DNA of 64,000 bases from a bacterium (GCA_025774245.1 JALGWI010000003.1:14866-78865), one strand, 5' to 3'; counted from the stretch's first letter, positions 1-11,756 are shown. Translations and numbers: made by a program. The notes: generated by a model not told the origin, from the letters alone.

Positions 1-1022
1 ATCTGAGCTCCGAGCCCGTAGTCCCTGAGGTCCGCCGGGAACCCGAGCTCCTCGTTCGCCTCCACAGTGTCCCTTCCGCGGTCCTGAAGCTCGTAGGCCA
101 TGAGCTTGTTCCGAAGCCCGATCCCCCTCCCCTCCTGCCGCATGTAGAGGACGATCCCCTCGCCTTCCTTCTCGACCATCCGCATGGCGGCCGCCAGCTG
201 GCTTCCGCAGTCGCAGCGAAGCGAACCGAAGATGTCGCCGGTCAGGCACTCCGAATGCACCCGGACGAGCACGTCCTTCTCGGCCGTCGGGTTCCCCTTG
301 ACCAGGGCGATGTGAAGGAGATCGTCGAGGTCGCTCTCGTAGAGGTGCAGGTCGAACTCCCCGTAGCGCGTCGGCAGCACGGTCCTGACGACCTTCCGCA
401 CGAGCTTCTCGGTCTTCTCGCGGTACTCGATGAGGGCTCGGACGCTGACGATCTTGAGGTCGAACCTGTCGGCCATCTCCTCCAGCTCAGGCATCCGCGC
501 CATCGTTCCGTCTTCGCCCATGATCTCGCAGAGAACGCCGGCAGGCTTGAGGCCCGCGAGCCGCGCAAGGTCGACCGCCGCCTCGGTGTGCCCCGCCCTC
601 CGGAGCACGCCTCCCTCGCGGGCCCGAAGCGGGAAGATGTGTCCGGGGCGTCCGAGATCGTCGGGCCGCGTCTTCGGGTCGACCAGCGCGCGGATCGTCG
701 CGGCGCGGTCGTGCGCGGAGATCCCGGTCGTCGTGCCCTCGACGGCGTCCACGGAGACCGCGAAGGCCGTTCCCATGATCGACGTGTTCTTGCCGACCAT
801 CGGGTGGAGATCGAGCTCGTCGAGCCGCTCTCCCGTCATCGGGACGCAGATGAGGCCGCGTCCCTCGCGAGAGATGAAGTTGATGTCGGCCGGCGTGACC
901 TTCTCCGCCGCCATGATGAGATCGCCTTCGTTCTCCCGCGTCTCGTCGTCGACGACGATCATCATCTTCCCGTGGCTGATGTCCTCGATCGCCGACTCCA
1001 CTGCAAGGATGCTGTCAATCAT
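1..1022 (-). CDS. ribBA: Bifunctional DHBP synthase / GTP cyclohydrolase II (3' end runs off the window)
   Basis: Manual translation from ATG at 1022 gives [35 protein letters not shown]..., later RAGHTEA and [21 protein letters not shown]; follows ribD-ribE. Confidence 0.95.
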   Translation of the reverse strand, partial: MIDSILAVESAIEDISHGKMMIVVDDETRENEGDLIMAAEKVTPADINFISREGRGLICVPMTGERLDELDLHPMVGKNTSIMGTAFAVSVDAVEGTTTGISAHDRAATIRALVDPKTRPDDLGRPGHIFPLRAREGGVLRRAGHTEAAVDLARLAGLKPAGVLCEIMGEDGTMARMPELEEMADRFDLKIVSVRALIEYREKTEKLVRKVVRTVLPTRYGEFDLHLYESDLDDLLHIALVKGNPTAEKDVLVRVHSECLTGDIFGSLRCDCGSQLAAAMRMVEKEGEGIVLYMRQEGRGIGLRNKLMAYELQDRGRDTVEANEELGFPADLRDYGLGAQ

Positions 1023-1027
1023 GTTCT

Positions 1028-1692
1028 CTACTCCAGGAATCCCAGTTCCTTGAGACGTTCGGCCGTGAGGCCGCTCTCTCTCCCGTCGCTCTCCCTCTCG
1101 CCGCCGTTGGTCGGCGCGCCGTCGCGCGCCCCGGACGAGAGCTTCTCCTGGTGCTTCGCCATGATGTCGGTCTCGACGTTCGCGCGAGACCCGCTCCTGT
1201 AGGACCCGGCGATCGTCGCGCCGAGTGTTTCGGGGATGAGGGCCACCCTGAGCAGCGTCCCCTCGATCCCGGCGACGGTGAGGCTCACGCCGTCGAGCGC
1301 GATCGAGCCGCGCGGCACGACGTGGCGAACGAGCGCGGGCGGAAGCTCGAAGGAGACCACCCGCCCGTTCGAGGTCGGCGCGACCGACGTGACGGTCGCG
1401 ATCCCGTCGATGTGGCCGGTGACCACGTGCCCGCCCATCCTGTCGCCGAGCCGGAGCGCGCGCTCGAGATTGACAGGCGCGCCGGCCGTGAGCCTCCCGA
1501 TCGTCGTCATCGCGAGCGTCTGCGCCACCGCCTCGACCTCGAATCGCCGGGGCCCTGCCCGGACGACGGTGAGGCAGGCTCCGTTCACCGCCACGCTCTC
1601 ACCGCGTTCCAGCTCCACCGCGAAGGGCGCGCGGACGACGATCGTCGCGCCGTCGCCTTGCCGGCGGAGCGTCTCGACGGTGCCGCGCGTCT

Positions 1693-1711
<19 letters not shown>
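1028..1711 (-). CDS. ribE: Riboflavin synthase alpha chain
   Basis: N-terminal (M)FTGLVE motif from GTG 1711; NGACLTV and VNLERAL...[11 protein letters not shown]. Confidence 0.95.
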
Positions 1712-2892
<1,181 letters not shown>

Positions 2893-2950
2893 CTTCCGTC
2901 ACCTCTCGTGGCTCTCCGCCTCCGCCGTCGCACCCACTGTCGCGGCCCAC

Positions 2951-2977
2951 GAAAACGCCCCGGATCTCTCCGGGGCT
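2951..2977 (-). terminator. Intrinsic terminator-like hairpin in the rib leader (riboswitch expression platform)
   Basis: Minus strand reads gccccgga-gaga-tccggggc-gtttt, between the aptamer and ribD. Confidence 0.65.
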
Positions 2978-3009
2978 CGTCGACGACGAGCGACCTCCGC
3001 CCGTCGTGG

Positions 3010-3131
3010 GGTTCCTTCTCTCATCCAGACTCTCACTGTCGGCGCCTGAATTCCACAGGCTCTGCGAAACCTGAATCCGCTCGCGGGCTATCACCGCCGG
3101 TGGGGAATTGCACCCCGCCCCGAAGGAACAC
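3010..3131 (-). ncRNA. FMN riboswitch (RFN element)
   Basis: Minus strand: ttccttcggggcggggtgcaattccccaccggcggt...agcccgcgagc...ccgacagt...agtctggatgagagaagg, matching the conserved RFN blocks, upstream of ribD. Confidence 0.95.
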
Positions 3132-3151
3132 GTATTCCGTATGCAGCCTCT

Positions 3152-3180
3152 AATCTACCACCGGTCGGGACGGCTGTCAA
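3152..3180 (-). promoter_or_regulatory. sigma70-type promoter of the rib operon
   Basis: TTGACA-17 nt-TAGATT just upstream of the FMN aptamer. Confidence 0.75.
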
Positions 3181-4184
3181 GCGCTCTCGGACGGCTCCGA
3201 CGCGCGGTCGGCCGCGCCCTGCCCGACCCCCAGGAGGCCGTGCGCGAAGGCCGTCGGATCGAACTCCTCGAGGTCGTCGGGCCCCTCGCCGGTCCCCACG
3301 AACCGGACCGGGATCGAGAGCTCCCTGGCGATCGGAATGACGATGCCGCCCCGCGCCGTGCCGTCGAGCTTGGCGAGAACGATGCCCGTCACGCCGACGG
3401 CCTCGTCGAAGATGCGGGCCTGCGAGAGCGCGTTCTGTCCGGTGTTCGCGTCGACCACGAGGAGTACCTCGTGGGGCGCGCCCGGCATCCTCTTCGCGAG
3501 CACACGCTTGATCTTCCGGAGCTCCTCGAGCAGGTTCTTCTGCGTGTGGAGGCGCCCCGCCGTGTCTACGATCAGGAGGTCGGCGCCTCGAGAGACGGCG
3601 GCGTCGAGGGCGTCGAACGCGACGGCCGCCGGATCGCCGCCCTGCTCCCCGGCGACAAACTGCGCGCCGCTGCGGTCGGCCCAGATGGAGAGCTGCTCAC
3701 TCGCCGCGGCTCTGAACGTGTCAGCCGCGGCCACGATGACCTGGTCTCCCCGGGACACGAACCTCGTGGCGAGCTTCCCGATCGACGTCGTCTTGCCCAC
3801 GCCGTTCACGCCGACGATCATGAGTACCCTGGGCCCGGCAACGTCCGCCGGCCCGGGGGCGTCCGTCGGCTCGCCCTCGCTGCCGTCTTCCGCGGGCGAC
3901 GGCTTGTCACGGGAAGCGCAGAGGATCCGCTCGATCTCGTCCGAGAGCACGCCCGCGATGTCTTCCGGACCGCCCGCTCCATGGCCGACGTGCGTCCTCA
4001 GGACGTCGACGAGATGCATCGAGGTGTCGACGCCCACGTCGGCCGAGACGAGCGTCTCCTCGATTGCGTCGAGGCCGCTCTCATCGAGGGCGGCCCCGCG
4101 TCCGAGGGCGCTCCTGATGCCTCCCAGGATCGCCCGTCTTGTCTTGGCGAGGCTCTCAGTGAGCCTCGTAAACCGGTTCCTCAC
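3177..4184 (-). CDS. ftsY: SRP receptor FtsY (short form, no long acidic A domain)
   Basis: GVNGVGKTT, AADTFRAAA, DTAGR, AKLDGTARGG; GTG start at 4184 with upstream GAGG. Confidence 0.95.
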   Translation of the reverse strand: MRNRFTRLTESLAKTRRAILGGIRSALGRGAALDESGLDAIEETLVSADVGVDTSMHLVDVLRTHVGHGAGGPEDIAGVLSDEIERILCASRDKPSPAEDGSEGEPTDAPGPADVAGPRVLMIVGVNGVGKTTSIGKLATRFVSRGDQVIVAAADTFRAAASEQLSIWADRSGAQFVAGEQGGDPAAVAFDALDAAVSRGADLLIVDTAGRLHTQKNLLEELRKIKRVLAKRMPGAPHEVLLVVDANTGQNALSQARIFDEAVGVTGIVLAKLDGTARGGIVIPIARELSIPVRFVGTGEGPDDLEEFDPTAFAHGLLGVGQGAADRASEPSESA

Positions 4185-7100
4185 TCTCCACCTCGTCGGC
4201 CACCGTGTCGAGCCGCACGGAGACGATCTTCGAAACCCCCGATTCCTCCATCGTGATGCCGTAGAGGCGATCGGCGGAGCGCATCGTGGACTTGTTGTGA
4301 GTGATGATGACGAACTGGGTGCGCTCCGAGAACTCACGGAGCATCCTGATGAATCGCCTGACGTTGGCGTCGTCGAGCGGGGCGTCAACCTCGTCGAGGA
4401 TGCAGAACGGCGACGGTTTCACGAGGTAGATCGCGAAGAGAAGGGCGATCGCCGTGAGCGCGCGCTCTCCGCCGGAGAGGAGGCTCAGGCGGCCGAGCCG
4501 CTTACCCCGTGGGGACGCCACGATCTCGATCGGTGACTCGAGGGGATCCCCCGGCTCGAGGAGCCTGAGATCCGCCTCTCCCCCCTCGAAGAGACGCTGG
4601 AAGGTCGCGATGAAGTTCGTCCGCACCAGGCCGAACGTCTCGACGAACATCTTCGTCGCCGATGAGTTGATCTTCTCGATGGCCTCCTTCAGAGACGCCT
4701 TCGACCTCTCCAGGTCATCGAACTGAGCCGAGAGGAACTCGAGGCGCTTGCTCTCTTCGTCGTACTCGTCGAGCGCGAGCAGGTTGACCGGTCCCATCGA
4801 GCGCAGTCTCGCCCTCAGGCGATCGACCTCTTCCCTCACCTTGGGCACGTCGAAGGGCTCGGTCTCGGGGTCCTCGGGCAGGTCGCCGAGCTCGTGAATG
4901 TCGACCGAGTAGTCCTCCCTGAGACGCTCCCGCATCGCCTCGCACCTGCTCTTGCGCTCGGCGTCCTTGACCTCGAGCTCGTGCAGTTCGGTCTGCACGC
5001 GGTCCTTGGATTCCCGCGATGATCTGGTGTCGGAATCGAGCTTCTCGAGCTCCGTTTTGAGCCCGCCGGTGGTCTCCCGCATCGCGTCGCGCTCGGTCTC
5101 GAGCGCCCGCTTGCCCGCGTCGATCTCCTCGAGGGCGCGCGAGTCCTCGCCGATCCTCCCGTCCAGCTCCGTGACGACACGGAGGTGCTCGGAGCGTTCG
5201 AGCCTCTTCCGCTCCGTGACACTCCTCGCTGTTCTCGCCGTCTCGGTGAACTGCGCGTGCTCGGTCTTGAGCGCGGTCAGTCCGGACCGGGCCGACGCGG
5301 CCTCGATCCCGCGCTGCTTCTCCTCCTCGGAGATCTTGCCCCTCTGGCGTCCGACCCTGGTGAACTCGCGCTCCAGCTCGTCGAGCTTCTCGCCGAGCTC
5401 GTCCTCGCCCCTCGAGAGGAGCGTGAGTCGTTCGGCGAGCGACTCCACGTCGCGCCTGGTCGTCTCCATGCGCGATCCGAGGACGTCCCTCTGCGATGAC
5501 AGCTCGACGATCTTCTCGGCGAGGTTGGTCTTGGCGAGCTCGAGTTCCGTCAGGCTTCTCTTCACCTCCCAGAGCTCCGCGTCGGCCACCTCCGCGTCCT
5601 CCTCGGACGACGTCGCCGCCTGGCCGGCGGCTGCGAGAGCCTGCGAGGCGCGCCCCTCGGCGACCTTCGCCTCCTCGAGGCGTCGCGTGAGCGACTCGAT
5701 GTCGCGCCTCGCCGCCTCGACGCGGGCCGCTCGCCGGAGAAGCCCGGCCTCCTCGTGTCCCTGTCGTCCGCCTGAGAGCACGCCGACCGCCGTCGCCATC
5801 TCACCGTCGGGACTCACGAACGAGAGTTCGCGCGCCTCGGGTCGAGACGCCAAGTCGAGGGCGACGCCGAGGTCCTTCACCACGAGCACGCCCTCGAGAA
5901 GGAACTCGACGAGCGGCGCGCACTCCGGGTCGCACCGGACGAAGCCTGCGGCCGGTCCGATGACTCCCTCGGCGGACAGAAGGTGCTCCGGCACCGAGTC
6001 GACGCGGACCCTCCTGAGCTCCGCCAGCGGGACGAAGGTCGCGCGGCCGAGCGATCCGGCGGCCAGATGGCGCATGGCCGACTTCGCGCTCGCGACGTCG
6101 CGTGAGACCACGTACTGAACCGAGCTCCCGAGCGCCGTCTCCACGGCGGCCGCCATCGAGGGTTCGACCTCGATGAGATCCGCCACGGTTCCCATGAGCC
6201 CGTCGATGTCGTGCGAGCGGTCAGAGAACAGCGCGCGCACGCCGTCCTGGAATCCGCCGTAGCCGTCCTTGATCTCGGAGAGGAGTTCCTCCTTGTGGCG
6301 GGCGGCGTCGAGCTCGCCGGTCACCCGGCTGACCTGCTCCCGCGCCTTGAGGAGGTTCTCCCTCGAGTCGTTCAGAGTCGATGTCTTCGCCTTCTCCGAC
6401 GTCCGGGCGTCGTGGAGGGCGCCCATCAGCCGTCTCTCGTCCTCGAGGATCTCGAGGATCCTCTCCTCCTTCTCGGCCAGCGTCCTTCTCGCGTCGCCGA
6501 GCGAGGTCTCGATGTCGAGGTGCTCCTTCATGAGGTCGTCGAGGCGCGCGCGGTAGCCCTCGAGCTCGCCCTTGACGCCCGCCGAGCTCTCGAGTCCATC
6601 GATGCGCGTCTGCTTCTGTCCCGCGAGGGCGTCGGTGAGTCGGCGGTACTCCTGCTCGATCGCGGCGAGCTCCTCGGACTTGGCGCTCATGTCCTGGTCG
6701 CGTTCCTCGAGCAGCCCCGTCACGGTCTCGATCTCGGCGTCGAGATCCGCCGACCGCTTGAGGGCGAGGTTGAGGTCCGCGCCTATGTCCGTGAGCTCCG
6801 TGTCGAGTTCGCTGACCCGGCGCTGGGCCGCGCTCCGTCTCTCCCGGGCGACCAGCAGGCTGTCGGCGAGGCGCCTCGCCTTCGACTCGAGGTCCTTCAC
6901 CTCGAGCTCGAGGCTCGCGAGCGCCTCCTCCCTGTCCTTGAGCTCGGTCCGGATCCCCAGTCCCGAGCGCTCCGCCTTCCCCAGGGTGCCCTCGCTCTCC
7001 TCGAGAGCCGACCGGAGCTCGGCGACCCGCGCCGCGGAGGCGTCCCTCTCGGAGTGCCACCTCCAGTACTCCTTCCGGCCGAGAGAGATCTCGAGCTCGG

Positions 7101-7767
7101 TCAGGCTGTCCGTGTAGTGGCGGTGGCGGCGCGCCTGGGCCAGCTGGCGCTTGAGGGAACGTACCTGCTTCTCGACCTCGGTGATGATGTCGGCGACGCG
7201 CTGCATATCGACTTCGGTCGCGTCGAGCTTGTTCAGCGCAGACCGCTTCCGAACCTTGTACTTCATGATCCCGGCGGCCTCCTCGAACATGAACCGGCGG
7301 TGCCCGGTCGAGTCCGAGAGCACCGAGTCGACCATCTTGCGCTCGATGAGCGAGTACGTCTTGGATCCGATTCCGGTGTCGAGGAAGAGGTCGCGGATGT
7401 CGCGCAGCCGGCACGTGTTCTTGTTGATGATGTACTCGCTCTCGCCCGACCGGAAGACCCGCCTGCCGATGACGACCTCCGAGTAATCGGTTGGAAGGTA
7501 TCCCTCGGTGTTGTCGATCGAGAGCGTCACCTCGGCCATGCCGAGGCGTCGGCGCTGCTTCGTGCCGTTGAAGATGACGTCGGACATGCTCGAGCCCCGG
7601 AGTTCCGACGGGCTCTGCTCGCCGAGCACCCACCGGATCGCGTCGGCCACGTTCGTCTTGCCGCAGCCGTTCGGCCCCACGACACACGTGATCCCCGGAC
7701 CGAATTCCAGGGACAGCTTGTGCGCGAATGATTTGAACCCGAAGATCTCGAGCTTCTTAAGATGCAC
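4156..7767 (-). CDS. smc: Chromosome segregation protein SMC
   Basis: GFKSF, GPNGCGKTN, coiled coils, hinge GRATFVPL, LSGGE signature, LDEVD. Confidence 0.97.
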   Translation of the reverse strand: MHLKKLEIFGFKSFAHKLSLEFGPGITCVVGPNGCGKTNVADAIRWVLGEQSPSELRGSSMSDVIFNGTKQRRRLGMAEVTLSIDNTEGYLPTDYSEVVIGRRVFRSGESEYIINKNTCRLRDIRDLFLDTGIGSKTYSLIERKMVDSVLSDSTGHRRFMFEEAAGIMKYKVRKRSALNKLDATEVDMQRVADIITEVEKQVRSLKRQLAQARRHRHYTDSLTELEISLGRKEYWRWHSERDASAARVAELRSALEESEGTLGKAERSGLGIRTELKDREEALASLELEVKDLESKARRLADSLLVARERRSAAQRRVSELDTELTDIGADLNLALKRSADLDAEIETVTGLLEERDQDMSAKSEELAAIEQEYRRLTDALAGQKQTRIDGLESSAGVKGELEGYRARLDDLMKEHLDIETSLGDARRTLAEKEERILEILEDERRLMGALHDARTSEKAKTSTLNDSRENLLKAREQVSRVTGELDAARHKEELLSEIKDGYGGFQDGVRALFSDRSHDIDGLMGTVADLIEVEPSMAAAVETALGSSVQYVVSRDVASAKSAMRHLAAGSLGRATFVPLAELRRVRVDSVPEHLLSAEGVIGPAAGFVRCDPECAPLVEFLLEGVLVVKDLGVALDLASRPEARELSFVSPDGEMATAVGVLSGGRQGHEEAGLLRRAARVEAARRDIESLTRRLEEAKVAEGRASQALAAAGQAATSSEEDAEVADAELWEVKRSLTELELAKTNLAEKIVELSSQRDVLGSRMETTRRDVESLAERLTLLSRGEDELGEKLDELEREFTRVGRQRGKISEEEKQRGIEAASARSGLTALKTEHAQFTETARTARSVTERKRLERSEHLRVVTELDGRIGEDSRALEEIDAGKRALETERDAMRETTGGLKTELEKLDSDTRSSRESKDRVQTELHELEVKDAERKSRCEAMRERLREDYSVDIHELGDLPEDPETEPFDVPKVREEVDRLRARLRSMGPVNLLALDEYDEESKRLEFLSAQFDDLERSKASLKEAIEKINSSATKMFVETFGLVRTNFIATFQRLFEGGEADLRLLEPGDPLESPIEIVASPRGKRLGRLSLLSGGERALTAIALLFAIYLVKPSPFCILDEVDAPLDDANVRRFIRMLREFSERTQFVIITHNKSTMRSADRLYGITMEESGVSKIVSVRLDTVADEVESEEPVYEAH

Positions 7768-7776
7768 CCGACCTCC

Positions 7777-9999
7777 TCACTCGACCTGTGAAACGCGCTC
7801 GACCCAGGCCCCTTCGTACCCAAGTTCCTTGACGGTGTCAAGGACTTCCGTCGCCGATCCGAAGCTCGGATAGCCTCCCGCGACCGCGACACGATACCAG
7901 ACACCTCGCTCCGGCAACTCGGCGCGGATGATCGCGGCGTCGACGCCCCTGGCGGCGAGTTCGGTCAGGTCGCGTCCGGCCGCCCCCTCCTGACGGTGGG
8001 AGCTGACGAAGATGCGGAACGGACCTCCGGTACCACGAAGGACTCCGGCCTCGCTGACGACCTGGCCCGGCCCGACCTCGACCGCCGGCGCCTCCTCGAG
8101 CGCGTCCGGACTCACCTCCGTCACGGCCCCCGACGCCACCCCCGGCTCCGTCTCCGCGGCGGCACCCGGTTCGCCCTCGGTCTGGCCTTCTGTGGGCGCT
8201 CCGGCCTCCTCGGTCGCACCCTCCGTCGATGCGACGCCCTCCGGTTCCTCTGTCGGTGCCTGCTCCCCGGTCGGCGGCGGCACCGCCCCGTCCACGGTGA
8301 TTGGTTCCTCCCGTTCCCAGAAGCGCCACGACACGTCCGGCATCTGGTTCACCCGCCAGACGATGAGGGCGATCACGGGAAGAAGAGCGAGGAGGGCGGC
8401 CACCGTGGCGATCCTGCCGCGCTTCTTCCCCTTCCCGCGTCGCGGTGGAGCGGCGATGACCCTTCCGCGCGACCCGTCCGGGGTTGGCCGGCGCCACTTC
8501 TCCTCCGGACGGGAACTCCGCCTGCGGCGGCGCCTGTAGCTCTCCTGTCTCTCCGGAGCCGGCTTCTCTTCGGCCGGCTTCGCGTCGGCTGGTTCCTGCC
8601 CGGTCGGTCTCGCTTCGACCGGCCGATCTTCCGGCGGTTCCGCCTCCACGAAGCTCCCTGAGGCAACCGGCGTCTCGGCCGCTTCCTCGTCGGGCGCTTC
8701 CGCCGCGGGCAGCTGCTCGTCGGCCGGCTTCGGTTCGGTCGGCTCTTCCTCGGCCGGCTCCGATTCCGCGACCTCCCCCGAGAGAACCGGCGCCTCGGCC
8801 GCTTCCTCGTCGGGCGACGCGGCGAAGCCCGGCGTCGGCTCGGGCGGGCTCTCCTCGGTCGGCTCACTGGGGACGGACGGAACAGCAGCGGGCGGAACGT
8901 CGAGGGGTTCGGAAGCGCCGGGCTCGGCCGCGACGGGCGCAGGTTCGGTAGGCTCCTCCGCGTCGAGCCGCCTCTCGCCCGGTCGCTCGGTCGCCTCTTC
9001 CCCGGGATGCGCCTCCGGTTCCGGCGGCCTCTCGGGCTGCTCGAACGGCGCGTCGGTCTCGGCTCCGCTCTCCTGCCCGACCGGAGCTTGCGGCGCCGGT
9101 TCCTCCCGCTCGATCTCCTCGGCCACGGGCTCCGGTGGAGCGGGCGAGGGCTCCTCCGGCTGTGGCTCCGGCCGAGCCGCCGCCCAAACCCTGGGTGGCG
9201 CCGGCACGTGCGGGGTCGTCGCTTCCTCTCCGGCGGTGGCGTCCTCGGGCGCGCCTGCCGCCGTCGGCGCGGGTTCCGCCTCGGTACCCAAGGCCGACTC
9301 GTCGGTCACGAGCATGGCGACGCTGTGAGGCCGCTCGTGCGGAGGCATTGCCGTGAGCATCCCTCCGATCGACTCGATCTCCGCTGCGGTCCGTCCGACG
9401 GCGACGACCGTCGTGAGCGCCCGTGCGGCGACGCCGACGTGCCCGTCGGCGATGACGATCAGGACCACGCCGTTCCGATCGAGGGCGGCCATGGTCTGAT
9501 CGAACCGCTCGGACTCGAAGACGCCGCGCGCGGAGACCGGATAGGAGCCGGACGTCACGAGCCGGACACCGGCCGCCAGCGTGCGCCTCACGATGATCGA
9601 TGGCGAGACGCCGAAGACGACGCCGTCGACCAGCCCCTCGTCGCTGTCCTCCAGGAGCGCCTTCCCGATCACCGGCGACTCGACGCTCGCATCGACGAGC
9701 ACGATCCGCTGTCCCCCGTCGGCCATCCAGGCCGCCGCGTCGCGAGCGATCGACGCCGCGAGAAGGGTGTCCTTCGCAGCGATCGCGATCCTCGATCCGA
9801 GCTCCGGCCGCACCGCCTCCTCGAAGGCGGTCATCCAGTCGAAGCCGAGGTCACTCACCACCGGCCGGACGAGCACCGGCCGCTCGAGCGGTCGACGCAG
9901 GCGAACGACAAGCCCGTCACCGAACGGACCGGCGTCGCCGAGCCCCTGAACGGCGGCGAGGTTGAGCTCATCTCCTGCAGTGAACGTTTCGGGCATCAC
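7777..9999 (-). CDS. Membrane protein: degenerate ParA/BY-kinase-like N-domain, Pro/Glu-rich linker, one TM helix, C-terminal SPOR domain
   Basis: N-terminal RIVLVDAS..SP resembles Walker A'; TM IATVAALLALLPVIALIVW; C-terminal F.I.VSS...GVWYRVAVAGGY...A SPOR-like; overlaps selA stop. Confidence 0.7.
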   Translation of the reverse strand: MMPETFTAGDELNLAAVQGLGDAGPFGDGLVVRLRRPLERPVLVRPVVSDLGFDWMTAFEEAVRPELGSRIAIAAKDTLLAASIARDAAAWMADGGQRIVLVDASVESPVIGKALLEDSDEGLVDGVVFGVSPSIIVRRTLAAGVRLVTSGSYPVSARGVFESERFDQTMAALDRNGVVLIVIADGHVGVAARALTTVVAVGRTAAEIESIGGMLTAMPPHERPHSVAMLVTDESALGTEAEPAPTAAGAPEDATAGEEATTPHVPAPPRVWAAARPEPQPEEPSPAPPEPVAEEIEREEPAPQAPVGQESGAETDAPFEQPERPPEPEAHPGEEATERPGERRLDAEEPTEPAPVAAEPGASEPLDVPPAAVPSVPSEPTEESPPEPTPGFAASPDEEAAEAPVLSGEVAESEPAEEEPTEPKPADEQLPAAEAPDEEAAETPVASGSFVEAEPPEDRPVEARPTGQEPADAKPAEEKPAPERQESYRRRRRRSSRPEEKWRRPTPDGSRGRVIAAPPRRGKGKKRGRIATVAALLALLPVIALIVWRVNQMPDVSWRFWEREEPITVDGAVPPPTGEQAPTEEPEGVASTEGATEEAGAPTEGQTEGEPGAAAETEPGVASGAVTEVSPDALEEAPAVEVGPGQVVSEAGVLRGTGGPFRIFVSSHRQEGAAGRDLTELAARGVDAAIIRAELPERGVWYRVAVAGGYPSFGSATEVLDTVKELGYEGAWVERVSQVE
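8665..8816. repeat. Imperfect 120-bp (40-aa) internal duplication in the SPOR-protein linker
   Basis: aaccggcgYctcggccgcttcctcgtcgggcg at 8665 and 8785 (1 mismatch in 32 bp), encoding PDEEAAE(A/T)PV. Confidence 0.8.
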
Positions 10000-11414
10000 G
10001 ATCCCCCGAATGCTTCGAGGATTGCCTTTCCCAGGAAGTCGTCGTCCGAAGGTGACACCGTGCGGAGATCGAGGATGATGCGGTCCTCCCTCGTGCGGAC
10101 GATCACGGGCGGAGAGACCTCGAGCAGATTCGCGACGATCGTCGCCGCCGAGACGCCCTTCGGAGCGATGTCCACGCCCCTGCTCGGGATCTCTCGCTCC
10201 GGTGCGGCTCCCCCGCCGACGCGCGACGTGATCTCCGTGACCGTGACGTCGGCCCGATCCCCCAGTCCGGCCGCGAGCGAACCGACCATCGCCTCCGCTC
10301 TCGCGGCGAGCTCGTCGACGGGCGTCGTGATCGCGGCGAGCACCGGCACCTTCTCGAGGGCGGTGCCGTCGAGGTAGTGAGTGAGCGTTGCCTGGAGGGC
10401 GGCGAGCGTCAGCTTGCCGGGACGGAGCGCGCGCGTGAGAGGGTTCGACCGCATCCGCGCGATCACGTCGACCGATCCGACGGCGATGCCGGCCTGAGGA
10501 CCTCCGAGCAGTTTGTCCCCGCTGAAGGTCGAGACCGTCGCGCCGGCCTTCACGCTCTCGGCGACCGTCATCTCCCCCGGGATTCCGAGCTGCGCCGTGT
10601 CCACGAGGATCCCGCTGCCGAGATCGTGGATGACCGGTACGCCGACCCGCGCGCCCAGCTCGGCGAGCTCGCGGAGCGAAACACGCTCGACGAAGCCGAC
10701 GATCTCGTAGTTGCTCCAGTGGGCCGACATGATCGCGCCGGTGCTGCTGCGGATGGCGGCTTCGAAGTCGGCGAGGTGGGTCCTGTTTGTGGAACCGACC
10801 TCGACCATCCTGCTTCCGCTCTTCTCGAACACCTCGGGCAGCCTGAACGATCCGCCGATCTCGATGAGCTCGCTCCTCGAGATCACGACCTCCCGTCCGA
10901 CGGCCAGCGTGTTGAGCGCCAGCATCACGGCGGCCGCGTTGTTGTTGACGACGAGCGCGTCCTCAGCGCCCGTAAGCTCGCAGAGGGCGTCCCGGACGAG
11001 GAGATCGCGCTTGCCGCGCCGGCCCTCGACAAGATCGTACTCCAGATTGGAGTAGGCGCGGGAGACGGCCGCGACGGCCTCGATGGCGTCCCCGGAGAGC
11101 GGCGCACGTCCGAGGTTGGTGTGGACGACGACACCCGTGGCGTTGACGACGGCCACGAGGTTTCGCATCGACGCGCGCTCCACCGCCCGTCCCAGGAGCT
11201 CGAGAATGGCCCGGCGGACCTCGGCCTCGGACCCCGTGCGTGGCTCCCTTCCGCCGAGAATGGCCCCGCGCTCTTCCTCGAGCGCTGCCCTGACGGCCCG
11301 CACGACCATGGACCTCGGGCGGCCGTCGAGAACCCCCTCCGCTTCAAGGTGTCGCACCGCCTCGTCGACCGAGGGGATGAATCTGAGATCGTCACGACCG
11401 GTCATGGCTGGCAC
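9996..11414 (-). CDS. selA: L-seryl-tRNA(Sec) selenium transferase
   Basis: VVNATGVVVHTNLGRAPL, VNNNAAAV, ELIEIGGSFRLP, FSGDKLLGGPQAG (PLP lysine). Confidence 0.95.
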   Translation of the reverse strand: MPAMTGRDDLRFIPSVDEAVRHLEAEGVLDGRPRSMVVRAVRAALEEERGAILGGREPRTGSEAEVRRAILELLGRAVERASMRNLVAVVNATGVVVHTNLGRAPLSGDAIEAVAAVSRAYSNLEYDLVEGRRGKRDLLVRDALCELTGAEDALVVNNNAAAVMLALNTLAVGREVVISRSELIEIGGSFRLPEVFEKSGSRMVEVGSTNRTHLADFEAAIRSSTGAIMSAHWSNYEIVGFVERVSLRELAELGARVGVPVIHDLGSGILVDTAQLGIPGEMTVAESVKAGATVSTFSGDKLLGGPQAGIAVGSVDVIARMRSNPLTRALRPGKLTLAALQATLTHYLDGTALEKVPVLAAITTPVDELAARAEAMVGSLAAGLGDRADVTVTEITSRVGGGAAPEREIPSRGVDIAPKGVSAATIVANLLEVSPPVIVRTREDRIILDLRTVSPSDDDFLGKAILEAFGGS

Positions 11415-11531
11415 TTGGGATATGCGCCCGCGCGGGCGCTCGGGCGGGCGGAGCGGCGAGACACGCTCTGACGCCCATGACAGAAGAACCGCCCCGCGCT
11501 TGGGGGGCGGGCCGCCGCTTCAAGCCTCGAC

Positions 11532-11561
11532 AGGATAGCCCGCCTTCTGACCGAGGGTCAA
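11532..11561 (-). promoter_or_regulatory. Possible sigma70-type promoter for selA-SPOR-smc-ftsY
   Basis: TTGACC-18 nt-TATCCT about 120 bp upstream of selA. Confidence 0.45.
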
Positions 11562-11756
11562 GCCATTTCGCCTGATCGAGGGTTTGACCGGACCGCCGCA
11601 GCCGGCTGAGAGAGGACGTCGGCCGCGAGACCGACGATCCTCCGGCTCGGGGGGCCCGCGCGGAGGGAGCGGGCGGAGAGGCGTCAGGCGTCCGCCGTGG
11701 CCGGCTCGCCGCGACACGACCCGCCCGGCTCCGCGACGGCTCCGCGAGCGCTCGCT

